Assembly: GCF_006345805.1 (NCBI RefSeq)
Contig: NC_043000.1
Coordinates: 107,136,001 to 107,200,000, forward strand
Reading direction: 5' to 3'
Origin: Octopus sinensis
Lineage: Eukaryota
DNA length: 64,000 bases
Positions 40,301 through 51,054 of this stretch are shown here, one piece after another. Numbering within the stretch: the first letter of the stretch is position 1; each line of letters starts with the position of its first letter. A model generated the notes under the pieces. That model made no database searches. It was not told where the DNA came from and worked only from the letters and a program-made list of their open reading frames with translations. The position numbers were made by a program, and so were the translations under genes.

Positions 40301-43300
40301 TCAGCAACAAAGTACACTCAATCACTCAATTTACCTACTACTACTCTCTCTCTACTCCAGAGTCCTCACTCACACTCTGGCATTACAATTTCGGCTAAAA
40401 TCAAACAAAAACAAACCATTTCTACAAATGTTACACTCAATTTTGATTAACAGAAAACAATTTGAAAGAATTTCATAGAATTTCAAACAACATTCTCATC
40501 ATTTTAACATTCACTTTTCCATCTTTGTAGAAATCATACTAAAAGTCACTGAGGCAGATTTTCCATAGTTGTACACCCTTCCTGTTGCCAACCCTCACTA
40601 GATATTAAGCAAGGTAACACTTCCCCCTAGTATTAAGAACACAAACAGCACAATGGCTGGATATGTTTCCAATCTTCTATGGAATCAAGTGACAACACTT
40701 CTATGATGGTGAAACTCATTTACAGCTTTTGTCAAGTCAAAGCAATGCAAATACACACACAACCAACTCCACTCACAAGACTTCAGATGGCCCAAGCTAT
40801 TCTAAAAAATACTTGCCCAAGATGTTGCACAGTTAGACAGAACCTGGAACACCATAGTTGCAAAGTGAACTTCTGAACCACATCGTCAGGCCTGCACCTG
40901 TCCTTAAAGCTCTACTCCTGATGCTAATTTCTTCAAATATTTTTATATCATAGATTTACATATTTACCCATAAGTTTTAATGTTTATTAGGTTAAAGATG
41001 AGAAGTAAACCAAAGCCTTTTAGTTTTGATCTATTGATCATCATCATCATTATTTAAACCTTTAGCATTTAAACTAGCCATATCCGACCAAATTATTCTA
41101 CCTGTTTTATGTTCAAACTGGCCAGATCTGGCCTCTCCCACCTACCCTATAATGTCATTCTAAATCACATTATCAAAATCTTGAAGCAACAAGACAATGC
41201 TTGATTAGTTTGAAACAATATGAATTAATAAGTATTATATTTGGCAGAAAGTGGAGGCGCGTGGCTTAGTGGTTAGGGTGTCAGTATCATGGTCGTAAGA
41301 TTGTGGTTTTGATTCCTGGACCAGGCGATGCATTGTGTTCTTGAGCAAAACACTTCATTTTATGTTGCTCCAGTCCACTCAGCTGGCAAAAATGAGTAAC
41401 GCTGCGATGGACTGGCGCCCCGTCCAGCTGGGGAACACATACGCCATAGAAACTGGGCTCATGAGCCTGGCTAGGCTTTAAAAGAGCACATTTATTTATT
41501 TTATATTTGGCAGAATGATCTGAACACTAAAGGGTTAATGTCCATTTTCCACGCTGGCATAGGTTATACAGTTTGTTTTGCCTCGGTTTCTATGATTGGA
41601 TGCCCTTCTTAATGCCAACCACTCTACAGAATGTACTAGGTGTCTTACGCGCTACAGTACTGGCCATGACCAAGATTTCACTTAATTTGATGTGTCTTCT
41701 CAAACACAGCAAATCACCAGAACTCTCAATCACTTGACATTGCTTCCACGAAACTCAACAACCAAAGATCATATTTCACCACCTTGTCCCACATCTACCT
41801 CTTCCACAGGTTGCCTCCACAATTAGAGACCAGCACTTCTTTATGCAGCTGTCCTCGTCTGATTATTTTAATAAAGAGTTGTGGAAAACACCCTGCCCTC
41901 TCTTTCTCACATGAATAATTCAATCTACAAATTAACCTTAAATACAGAAAGTTTCTTTTATCTCAAACTTACAACTCAGTATCAGCATTTATATTTATTT
42001 AGTTTTATTTGAATTTTTATACTATTTCAATGGAACAACGCAAACTTGAATCGTACTGAAATACAGTTAATGAATTCAGCGTGTTCCACCTTAATTGTCA
42101 TAGCCAGGAAATTGCTAATCTTAATGTTTTTATTACATGACTTGACTACCTGAATAGTAGCTAGAAATCTATTCATATAGGCATGTGTCCATTTGTTTGT
42201 TTTTATTAATTAGAGAATGAAGAGAACAGTGTCCATGACCTGTGTAGGCTTTACCAGATTGTTGAGAGCATTATGGTTTATGCTTAAGATCAACTTTCTA
42301 GGTCAATGCTTCTGGGAGAGATAAACAAAAAGGTGTGCAAGGAGGAAATTCCAGTTGTTTTGAGGACAAATGCTTTGAAGACGGACAATAGGGAAAATTG
42401 TCTAGGGTAAAATCTGGGGGATTAGATAGGGAGACAGCTGATAAGATGAGTGGATGTGCAGCCAACCCACCCAAAAACAAAAAACCAGTTATGTAGCCAG
42501 TTCAGAGGAGCAGAGTATCTGTGCATTAGTGATTATAATAGTTATACTGGTGAGTTAATACGTCAGCCAAATTGTAAATTATCTTTTGGATGCAACCTAG
42601 GGTATTCATGGGGATAGCAGAAGCACCATTTCAGATATGTGAGCAGTACTCCATCCAATGTAAGTTACACTCGAGTTTTATAGAGGTAAAGAATGTATCA
42701 GGGCTGGAGTGTTTCCTCGTCCTGAGAATGGAAACCTACAGAGACCAGTATTTTCTGGTTCAGAAAAAGAAACAGATTTTTGGATGCAGTTTCGTGTGAT
42801 CTTCGAAAGAAAGTAGAAATTGTTAGTCCTCGAATTTGTAGCGACTTATAAATGTTTTATCGGTTGTTTCACGCTAAGAAGGAAGAATGCAGTGCAAACC
42901 TGTTCCCTGATGGATATATAATGTGTCGTACTGTCAAAGGAGACTAAATTATATCATATCTAAGGGTGTCTGACGTAAGGTACCTAGGTCGCGTGTGGAT
43001 GACACGTTTATTCTTAGAATACCCTTAAAGAAAATATCAATGTTAAACAAGAAAATTATTTTCATATAAAAGTAATAAAATGAAAGTAGGAAGTCAAATT
43101 TACTGCGTCTGAATTATTTAGAAATGATTAAATCTAGTTTTATAATAACCCATATATTTAATTATAAACAGCATTATTTCGTTTTGAAATAAGATAAATT
43201 TATGCATATTTAATAATCGCGAAAAAAACTGCTTTTCGAAGATCGTAGAGATTCTAAATGACTAGTTTTAAAATTTCAAAGACTGCAATCTAAAATACAA

Positions 43301-44891
43301 AGTGATTCTCGAGGAATCAAGTCCTATTGTTTGCTCCCTTTTTATATTAAATGGGTCTTGAGGGTAAATTATGAACATTGTAATAAAGAAATTGATTTGC
43401 TGAGTTTTGGGTGGGTTTTTTTCGACAGATACTCTATTCAAATAGTGTTCCATTTTTACCTACCCCTCAAAAGAAGTAAGTATATCGAATTAAATGAAAT
43501 AAAGCGGAGTTGGTTAAACAATATCATATACATATATATATGAGCGCATATGATGAGCATTTTACCAAATCTACACACATATAAGCCGATGACGGCTGGC
43601 AAGCTAAAACCTCGAAGTCACTGTCAACCTTCGCTTAATAAAAAATATATACTCAACTATAAAGCACTGAATGACCATTCAATATAATGTTAAATTGTTT
43701 TTTTTTATGTAACTTCACATAAAAGCAAACAATATACATATGCATATATTACATATATACATATATTATATATACATACACACGTTACTGCAGCAGAAAA
43801 AATATCTTTTTAAATAAATAATTTCTTTCTGGTTAGAAAATTAAGAGAAATAGTATAGTGCTGGACAAAACTGTTTAGTTATTACAAACCTAGGTAAAAA
43901 AGATGTCTAATTTTAGAGCCATGACACATCACACAGCTGAGCATATACACATACATATACAAATAAATAAATATATATTCTTGTTTAAAGTTGTAGTGTG
44001 CCTCTTTCACAGTCGACACAAGCGTTAAATACAGCAATGATTTAGTAATTTATAGAAATCTGAAGTGATGTTAATTCTCTGCAATCGACATTACAGCCAT
44101 ATACCAACACAGATCCAAGTTAATTTCAAACTATATACTCTCAAAAAAAAACCGACATTTTCAAACTTGATCCAATCATTTTACCAACACAGATCCAAAT
44201 AATCTAGACTCTACACACATAAACAGGCCTATATATATAAATATATATATATATAAATATATATACATATCCTACATATGTATTCGAGCTAGTACCCGTT
44301 AAAATGCATACATTATTAAATAATAATTGATATTTATAAAGAATCCCGATATCTTTGAATACAATCTGTATTTCTCCAAAAGTTTCTTATATTAACTGGA
44401 GATCAAACTAATAAGAGAGGACAAAAAATAACAAAAGATATCGATGATTACTTAGAAATTATATTTTCTTGCGAATCGAATGGGTTAGCAATTTTATCTT
44501 TGATGGTTAATAGAATCCACCCACCATGACTTTGAAGTATTTTTTTTTTTTAATTTTTAAATTCAATAATTCGGTTATTCCAATGCTGAATACATTGTAT
44601 TGTAGATCATAACAGAACCAAAAACAGATGATTGGGGGATTTAAAAAGAAAAAACGGGATGAGTGGCTGCAAAATTTACAAAAATGGCTGCAGAAAAATA
44701 TAGCTATATATAAAATATATACATATATGTGTGTGTATGTGTATATATATTTAAATCTATATAATGTAAATTATATGATAAAACAATATGAGTGTGTATG
44801 TATATATAGATATATATGCATAATGCACATGAGCTTGCGTATATACATAAAATAATATATACCATTAAATGTATATACATAATGTATATCA

Positions 44892-44931
<40 letters not shown>

Positions 44932-45181
44932 TAATATATACAATGCATGTATATAATTATACAATGCATATGCATGTATAAAATTAAACGCATATATATA
45001 TATAGATAGATAGATTGATACCATAAAATATGTATATATCATGCTATAATATATTTATGTATATATCTTAATATGTATAATGCATATATGTGTGCTTATG
45101 AGTGTATATATAAACATAGTTTATATAAGTATGCATGTAAAATATATAAGGCATACACACTTATTGAAATACATATGTGTG

Positions 45182-45222
<41 letters not shown>

Positions 45223-46027
45223 TTAACCATACATAGTTCACATACTTAGATGTATGTGCATGTATATATAAAGAGACTCTAATTGGTAGTATCTACAAGA
45301 GATGCTAAATATTTTAGCAACTAACGTCACAAATGGTTTCGAGTCCTTTTAGCTCTTTTATGTGTCTCTTTCTAACTCTCGTTTGTTTTAGTTTGTTTAT
45401 TTGGGGGGCCGTTTTATTTTTCCTTTTCTTTTGTCTGTTCTTTTCACATGCAAACTTCGAAATAAGACCATAATAGGTGTAAAGAATCACACGAACGTTA
45501 CATCTAATTACGCAGGAAGACAGCAAGACCGATTTATCAGGTACTATGCAAATTACTACTTAAACACAATTACACAAAAAAAAAAATAGAGAGAATTATT
45601 ATATTTTAATCAGTATTGACTCTAAAACGTAATGTATAGAAGCCGGTTATGAACCGATCGGGTTTGTAGTTTTGAGATATTTAAGTACGGAGATACCTTT
45701 CTAAGTTAGTTGCCAGGCATGTGACAACTTAATGACTTTATCATTTTCACATCGAATAAGATCGTGATGGGACTAAAAAAAATAATCAAACCAATACAAA
45801 TATATATTCAGATCAAACCCGATTTCATCGATATTCGAAACAAAAGTAAAAAAAAAAAATACTAAAACAATAAATGTAATAATAAAGCTGCTTACCTCAA
45901 GTACAAAGTAGGTGCGAATCCTACGATAAGATTCCCACGCCTCCTCTTGGCTACTTCTGTCCATGTTAAGATCTCGACATAAATTGGAGAATCTTTGCTC
46001 CACATCTTCATCTCCGGACAGACCCAT
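2052..46027 (-). CDS. RBL1: Retinoblastoma-like pocket protein (p107/p130 type), 5' 12 coding exons; gene runs off the left edge
   Basis: Join (minus) 45896-46027, 28050-28183, 23835-24032, 21489-21553, 20124-20249, 14931-15118, 12370-12434, 11168-11336, 8289-8455, 6906-6987, 3874-4017, 2052-2134. All introns are GT-AG with matching phases (0,2,2,1,1,0,2,0,2,0,0,2). Motifs [66 protein letters not shown] and [13 protein letters not shown] match RBL1/RBL2. Probably the single invertebrate RBL1/2 co-ortholog. Confidence 0.97.
2893..3120. mobile_element. piggyBac-like MITE family B
   Basis: TTAA-CCCTTTAG...CTAAAGGG-TTAA; relatives at 17133, 24055, 28642, 29233 and 41053. Confidence 0.8.
3874..4017 (-). 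CDS. RBL1: RBL coding exon 11 ([25 protein letters not shown]...KDLT)
   Basis: tttacag acceptor, GTAATT donor, 144 nt. Confidence 0.95.
4642..5030 (+). mobile_element. tRNA-derived SINE family 1 (CORE-like, octopus type)
   Basis: A-box TGGCTGTGTGG, B-box GGTTCAGTCC, GGCACCTTGGGC core. Further + copies at about 13798-14200, 18341-18745, 29715-30125, 30908-31290, 33294-33690 and 47262-47600. Confidence 0.85.
6592..6818. mobile_element. piggyBac-like MITE family A
   Basis: TTAA-CCCTTTCGTTAC...GTAACGAAGGG-TTAA. Confidence 0.85.
6906..6987 (-). CDS. RBL1: RBL coding exon 10 ([27 protein letters not shown])
   Basis: tttcag acceptor, GTGAGA donor, 82 nt; start of pocket A. Confidence 0.94.
7819..7918. 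other. Assembly gap (100 N) in RBL intron 9
   Basis: Exactly 100 N, which typically marks a gap of unknown size. Confidence 0.99.
8289..8455 (-). CDS. RBL1: RBL coding exon 9 ([16 protein letters not shown]...IAIF)
   Basis: ctgcag acceptor, GTATGT donor, 167 nt; two TP CDK sites. Confidence 0.96.
8617..8847. mobile_element. hAT-type MITE
   Basis: CAGTGTTTCT...AGAACTACTG termini; 8-bp TSD TTCTACAC/TTTTACAC. Confidence 0.7.
9125..10130 (-). mobile_element. RTE-clade LINE relic (RT C-terminal part)
   Basis: DLLYTND (decayed YADD) ...[17 protein letters not shown] and [30 protein letters not shown]; many stops. Confidence 0.75.
11168..11336 (-). CDS. RBL1: RBL coding exon 8 ([23 protein letters not shown]...QHLDE)
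   Basis: ttacag acceptor, GTGAGT donor, 169 nt; contains the EEIGTPR CDK site. Confidence 0.95.
12370..12434 (-). CDS. RBL1: RBL coding exon 7 ([21 protein letters not shown])
   Basis: ttccag acceptor, GTAAGT donor, 65 nt; resembles p130 LLKGKEENLTGFLEPGNF. Confidence 0.92.
14931..15118 (-). CDS. RBL1: RBL coding exon 6 ([13 protein letters not shown]...MFREP)
   Basis: tttag acceptor, GTAAGC donor, 188 nt; [29 protein letters not shown] motif. Confidence 0.93.
16125..16517 (-). mobile_element. SINE family 2 partial head-to-tail dimer
   Basis: Two bodies and one head; junction aaatac-ga-tttctttact near 16308. Confidence 0.85.
17240..17631 (+). mobile_element. Non-autonomous Helitron
   Basis: 5' TC, 3' CTAG, inserted between A and T, subterminal CCCGAGCAACGCCGGG hairpin; nested in a piggyBac-like MITE. 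Confidence 0.8.
18174..18816. mobile_element. hAT (Charlie-like) MITE carrying a SINE insertion
   Basis: CAGGGGTTCTCAAC...GTTGAGAACC termini; TSD ATCTAGAG/ATGTAGAG. Confidence 0.7.
20124..20249 (-). CDS. RBL1: RBL coding exon 5 ([19 protein letters not shown]...HSFA)
   Basis: tttacag acceptor, GTAAGT donor, 126 nt. Confidence 0.96.
21489..21553 (-). CDS. RBL1: RBL coding exon 4 ([21 protein letters not shown])
   Basis: tttcag acceptor, GTAAGT donor, 65 nt. Confidence 0.95.
23835..24032 (-). CDS. RBL1: RBL coding exon 3 ([11 protein letters not shown]...RSRKQR)
   Basis: tttccag acceptor, GTAAAT donor, 198 nt; lies within ORF 23831..24082. Confidence 0.96.
24210..24451. mobile_element. hAT-type MITE nested in a piggyBac-like MITE
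   Basis: CAGTGGTTCCC...GGGAACCACTG; TSD AGATAAAG/AGATAATG; family B sequence continues on both sides. Confidence 0.75.
25312..25800. repeat. Minisatellite, about 16 units of 30-32 bp (CATCTACACACTGTGTCTCTATCCAGTAAA)
   Basis: Direct tandem units with no spacers. Confidence 0.95.
27421..28022. repeat. Compound (TACA)n-(TA)n-(CA)n microsatellite, about 600 bp
   Basis: Seen directly; ends about 27 bp from the exon 2 donor. Confidence 0.97.
28050..28183 (-). CDS. RBL1: RBL coding exon 2 ([44 protein letters not shown])
   Basis: ttttag acceptor, GTAAGG donor, 134 nt; not represented in the ORF track. Confidence 0.96.
29233..29459. mobile_element. piggyBac-like MITE family B
   Basis: TTAA target site at both ends, CCCTTTAG/CTAAAGGG termini. 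Confidence 0.8.
30415..30715. mobile_element. hAT-type MITE (degenerate)
   Basis: CAGGAGTCCCCAAC start and GGAGACCG end; its 5' half is also present at 29046-29232. Confidence 0.55.
32245..32472. mobile_element. piggyBac-like MITE family A
   Basis: Same body as 6592-6818, TTAA flanks. Confidence 0.85.
33996..34224. mobile_element. piggyBac-like MITE family A, opposite orientation
   Basis: Reverse complement of the family A body, TTAA flanks. Confidence 0.8.
34280..34635 (-). mobile_element. SINE family 1, minus copy
   Basis: Reverse complement of family 1. Further - copies or fragments at about 20540, 23530, 24640-24920, 26025-26310, 37930-38190, 51915-52345, 52580-52870 and 54925-55068. 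Confidence 0.85.
35521..35912 (+). mobile_element. Non-autonomous Helitron (same family)
   Basis: High identity to the copy at 17240; A|TC...CTAG|T. Confidence 0.8.
36331..36726 (+). mobile_element. Non-autonomous Helitron (same family)
   Basis: High identity; A|TC...CTAG|T. Confidence 0.8.
37225..37452 (+). mobile_element. tRNA-derived SINE family 2
   Basis: GGCAGTGAGCTGGCAG head, GAGTTCAAATTCC B-box, GTCGACTTTGCCTTTCAT..GGGGTCGAT central domain. Other copies at about 15540, 15780, 19580, 22150, 50805, 59210, 63200 and 63410. Confidence 0.85.
37698..37926. mobile_element. piggyBac-like MITE family A inserted in a SINE tail
   Basis: TTAA flanks; SINE sequence resumes at 37927. Confidence 0.85.
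38683..39068. mobile_element. Tc1/mariner-derived MITE with a SINE fragment inside
   Basis: TA-CGAGGAGGGCTGAAAA...TTTTCAGCACCCCCCTCA-TA. Confidence 0.7.
41053..41538. mobile_element. piggyBac-like MITE B interrupted by a SINE
   Basis: Family B halves flank a SINE insertion at 41250-41500. Confidence 0.75.
41250..41500 (+). mobile_element. tRNA-derived SINE family 3 with a 15-bp TSD
   Basis: TSD TTATATTTGGCAGAA at 41235-41249 and 41501-41515; (TTTA)n tail; related copy at about 5289-5620. Confidence 0.85.
45896..46027 (-). CDS. RBL1: RBL coding exon 1 ([10 protein letters not shown]...RTYFVLE)
   Basis: ATG in CAAAATGG context; [13 protein letters not shown] resembles the RbN start; donor GTAAGC; 132 nt. 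Confidence 0.93.
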
Positions 46028-46919
46028 TTTGAGCAGGTTTACTAGTGGTGCACTAGAATGGACTAGTGGAACACTACACTAGTAGTAAGACGCCTGACAA
46101 ACTTGGTGCTTCGGTTGAATACCGGTATGTCTGTCTGTCTGTCTGATTGTGTGTGTGTGTCTCTCTCTCTCTCTCTCTCGTAGTAATATTATATAGTAAC
46201 CGTGAAGGTAAGAGAGATTAATTATCTCCAGGGCTTGCCTCACCTTCGATTAAGATGAGAGTAGTAGTTGTAGTAATGGTAATAGTAAGAGTAGACATGC
46301 ATCAACGTGGTAGAAGCGAAACTGTTGTGAGAGTATCTGTATGGAAGGGAGGGAGGTCGCGGTGGCAGCAGTCACCTCTGTCTGATGATGGTGGTGATGG
46401 AGTGAATTCTATAGTACGTGATTGGCGACGGCAGAGAAGTGGTAAACGAGGAAAGGCGGCGTTGACAACAAGCGATGGTGATAATGATGTGGTGCTTGTA
46501 AATCTAAGTTCGAAACAGAAGACAGAAGTTAGCATGATGCCATTACTACATAACTGTCTACTAATAAACTTCACAAAAGAAAAAAAAAATTAAATAAAAA
46601 AAAATCAATGTAAAAATTAGAAAGCTTACTACCAGCCTAGCCTATTAGCCGACGTTGAAAATTTTTTAGCGGAGCAGCATCGATGAAAAGTTTATCCTTT
46701 TCCTTTTTTTTTTTCTTCTTTTCCTGAACGACCAGAATTTTAGTCAGGTTTTCAGGTAGTAATACCAAAGACATTGATGTTGGTATCTCCACAATTCCAT
46801 AAATACAAATCCAGGTACTCACTATAAGCAACGAAGGAAGGAAGTGAAAGCGACGACTTAATCCAGGTCAGTTTCTAAGTTGTTACGATGACAGCAAAGA
46901 ATCTGCTAAGTCGACGAAG

Positions 46920-46929
46920 TGGCGGGAAA
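46920..46929 (-). promoter_or_regulatory. E2F/DP binding site TTTCCCGCCA
   Basis: Plus strand TGGCGGGAAA matches TTTSSCGC exactly; about 0.9 kb upstream of the RBL ATG in a CpG-richer region. Confidence 0.65.
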
Positions 46930-47111
46930 TTAATAATGAACAAAAAAATAACTAAACTAAAAGAAAAGTAAGACATAAAAAAAAAACTTTCTACCAACAT
47001 GTGGAGAGTAACTAGTCGGAACTATTGGAGTAGGAGGATGAGGAATAGTGAGAGATAAGAGAAGTAAAAGGAACTTTACTATGAGGTGATGTTTTCAGTG
47101 GTTTATAACAG

Positions 47112-47121
47112 CTGATTGGTT
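47112..47121 (-). promoter_or_regulatory. CCAAT box (NF-Y), AACCAATCAG
   Basis: Full NF-Y consensus about 190 bp upstream of the E2F site; a second CCAAT-like site (CGCCAATCAC) lies at 46418-46427. Confidence 0.45.
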
Positions 47122-49849
47122 GACTAATGTTATAAAGTATGGGGAGGAGGACCATCCAACAAGGGCAGCCACGACGTGGTCGCTTCATATGCTAGAAAGA
47201 GAAACTAAATATAAATTATATCTACTGTTTTAAACGGAAAAAGACATTAAATAATGTCTAAAATACTGCGCAGATGTGCCTGTGTGACAAGAAGTTTGCT
47301 TCCCAACTTCATAGATTCTGGGTTCGGTCCCACTGTGTGGTACCATGGGCCTTAGGACCGTGGTTTATATATATATGTGTGTGTGTGGTGAATGTGTGCG
47401 TATCTTTATGTGTGTGTTTGCCCCTCTCTTCCACTAGACAACCGGTTTTGTTTTGTTTATGCCCCCGCCACTTAGCGGTTCGGCAGGAAAAAACGCTAAA
47501 ATAAGTAGGGGGCTTAGGGGAAAAAAAAGTACTGGAGTCGATTTATTTGACTAAACTAGTCAAGGCGGTGCTCCAGTATGGCCGCAGTAAAAAATAAAAG
47601 ATAAACAAATCTGAATTAAAAACAAAATGGGATGGTTGCCGTTGTTGCGCTTAAGATGATAAATTTACTTGTTCGGGGCTAGTCTTGGACTGAACAAGTA
47701 TATGAGGTGTCAACTCAAAGCAGCTTTGCTGCAATGCAGTGCAGTATGAATAAATAGGTTAGTAAAAAAATTATCTTAAGGTTTTGCAAAAGGAAATTTA
47801 GAAAGGAAAAACGGATATGCACATAAAAAAAAAATGGGTTGCAATTTTTGAAAGGAGGTGAAGATATTTTCATGTGACCTTGGTAGAAAAATTACTTTTA
47901 ACAAAACACAGTTCTAAAGAAGATTTTGGAAGTTAGTTGTTGATTACCAATGTATGTAAAGTAGGTTATGCATGCACCACATTCGGAATCAGAGCAAAAG
48001 AAGACGTTTCTACGTAGTCGCTAGATCTGTTAGATTTGGCAGTTAAAAGTTCCTAAAATTACATGCTATCGTTTTAGGAAAAGAAGGACACGTTAGATAA
48101 TGCAGATTTAGATATACAAAAACAGGGTGATTATGGCAGGAACGCCTCTGATCCTAAGTTTTCCCAATCAGGGCCAACTAGGATGGGGTTAAATAGCATT
48201 ATTACAGACACCAGTAAGCTACATACACAGACATTCGATCTGCTAGAAATAGTAGCCAGATTTCCCTCAGAATACACTTTCTGTTTAAAAAAAAAAGAAG
48301 GCTCAGAAAATATATCTTAGGCGGGGCTGGGGAGACATATGGTCACGTCTGATACGTCTTTTATTGTAGATTTGATAATTCAGAGCCGTTGTGAGGTCAA
48401 ACGACTACGATAAACACGTTAATTCTCAGGTCAAACTAATGTAGGGGCCTCTCCTACGCATTCATTCGTTCAACCTGCTATAAATAGCATCCAAATCATC
48501 CTTAAAGGTGACATTGGATAATGTAGTCCGAGATTATCCTAGGTACACTATATCTGGATTTAAAATGAGTAGTCACATCTGGAACGCGCTTAATTATAGG
48601 TCTGCTCAGTCTGAGCTCACAAGACTGTTGCAGACACGAACCAACGAAGGAGCCTCTACGCAAGTCACTCGACATGCTAGAAATGGCAGTTAATTTCCGT
48701 TAAGTCTCACCCTACAGTCTTAAATAAAGAAAGGACACAATGTAATCTTAGATACACTGTGGTAAAAGACGTGATGGTAACGGTTGGAACGCTTTAGATT
48801 AACAGGGCAAATTTAGGGTTAAACAATAACATTTACTGTAGACAAATCTTTATTTCAACAGCGTTTTATAGTATATTTATTTATACTAATTACAGATGCT
48901 ATTTTAATTGAATAATTAATATGCATAGAATTTTAATGATAGAGCTAGAACCGACGGATATATAACTCATTAAAATATAAATATATGAGTATTACAAAAC
49001 TAAATTTCGGAAGATTGGGGCTCTTCTTATTTTTGTTTTTGCCTTGCTTGTTGGCTGTTAGATCAAATTTAAACAGACAGACCCACAGTGAACAATATTC
49101 CGTAACTTTTATACTCGGTAATATTTAATATGCTAACTCTTATCTTTTATAAGACAATTAAGCTGTGATTTTGCGAGAGATTTGTTCACTTATAGCAGCA
49201 GATCGAGTCACTATGTAGGGTTCTCTCCATGTCTGGGTACTTAATATATTTACGGAAGCAGTTGACGCAGTCAACGGGAAAGATATAACCACGTGTAGAC
49301 ACAACATTGACTGTCATGTTAGAGCAAGTATGAATGGACTGCAAAGGAAATCAAACCCGATTATTATTGTTATTATTATTATTATTTATGTAAATCCCCA
49401 CACAAACTGTTGTCTGTTTTCGTGATGTCCCCTCATTTGTGCTTCCGTGGCTAATAAAAAAAATGACTATTATTATTATTATTATTATTGTTATATATTT
49501 TATTGCATTTTATTTAAGGGGCGGGTTTAATCTATAGCAAATCGAAAATTGTCTCACAAAATCATTTAGGTAAGGTTTTTAATGGGTGTAAAACATGCAT
49601 GTGTACACATACGTAAATGGTCGTGTCTTCTACTACGATCGCTGCCTCGGCATGGGCGCAGTCCAACGACTAAAACAAGCAAAAGAACATGTGTGTGTAT
49701 GTGTACATACATACATACATACATGCATGCATACATACATACATACATACATACATACATACATACATACATACATACATACATACATACATGTGTGTGT
49801 GTTTATGTATGTATGTTCTCAGCTGCTCTTAATTATTTAAATTCTTTCT

Positions 49850-50098
49850 GACGGAGCTGGATTCCAACAAATATACAAAGTTCCATCGTTGGAATGTAAA
49901 TAACAAAAACAATATCACATTCTAAACTTGAGGAAAGTCTTGCATATTTTTACTGTTCCACTCAAAGATTCTATTCGTAATGTGCGAGTTGGTTTCTTTT
50001 TCTGAATACACTGGCTTATCCAGATTGTCACTTTGGCATTTACTCACAATGCCAAGTGCACCAATTATTATTAGTAAAAATGTGAATTTATAACCTGT
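49850..50098 (-). mobile_element. RLE-type (R4/Dong-like) non-LTR retrotransposon 3' end relic
   Basis: [11 protein letters not shown] and, in a shifted frame, [15 protein letters not shown]; bounded by (TATG)n and (GGAT)n microsatellites. Confidence 0.55.
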
Positions 50099-50136
50099 CT
50101 GTCTGTGTGTGTGTATGTGGATGGATGGATGGATGG

Positions 50137-50172
<36 letters not shown>

Positions 50173-50992
50173 ACGGATGGACGGGTGGGTGGGCAGGTGG
50201 ATGGATGGATGGATGGGTCTCTACTGGCAACATGAAATCTAGTAGTACTTGTTACATAGTCGCCTCGTCGGCGACTAAACCGGCACCCCCAGCAGGCTAG
50301 TCTGGTGAGGATGGTTGCTAGAAACTCCGCAGGCCTAAAAACAAACCTGTTAAAGGTGACAGTTGAACCTATTGTAGGTTCAACTGCTATCTAGCGATAT
50401 CGTACAGGCGCTCAGAAATGTCGGTTTGGTTTCCAGCGTGCTGGAAGATCCCTGGGAATAAGACATCCCTCAGTTTTTGTTAAAGCATGTCTTTAGGAGG
50501 TCACTCTAATATAATACCGGATATGCAGGGAATGGCATTGAACATCTTGCGGATTTTTTGCTTGCGCTTGAAATCATATCGCTTCCAAATTCCTGAGCTT
50601 GCGATCCATATTGGTACTGGATGTCTTGCCCTGGATTGTCTCTGGATCATGTCGATATGGTAGAGAGGGGCTGTGAGGTCGTACAAGACCTTTTGGATCT
50701 AAAATTTTGTATAGACATTGTCGATATTTTGCACTTCATTGCTTGTAAGTGATTCAACACCTATCATATATACAAGCGTGTGTGTAATATATGTATGTAT
50801 ACTTAAGGCGGCCGAGCTGACAGGATCGTTAGCATGGCAGGTAAAAATGCTTAGCGGCATTTCGTCCGTCTTTACGTTCTGAGTTCAAATTCTGCCTAGT
50901 CGAATTTGGGACGCGATGTAATCGACTTACTTCCATCCCTTGTACTAAAATTGGAAACCAATATACGTATGTATACGTACATATATATATAC

Positions 50993-51054
<62 letters not shown>

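Noticed and set aside
46255-46831. ORFs near the promoter as a divergent or upstream gene
   Set aside because: No recognisable domain, low-complexity composition, and no downstream plus-strand exons found in 47-64 kb
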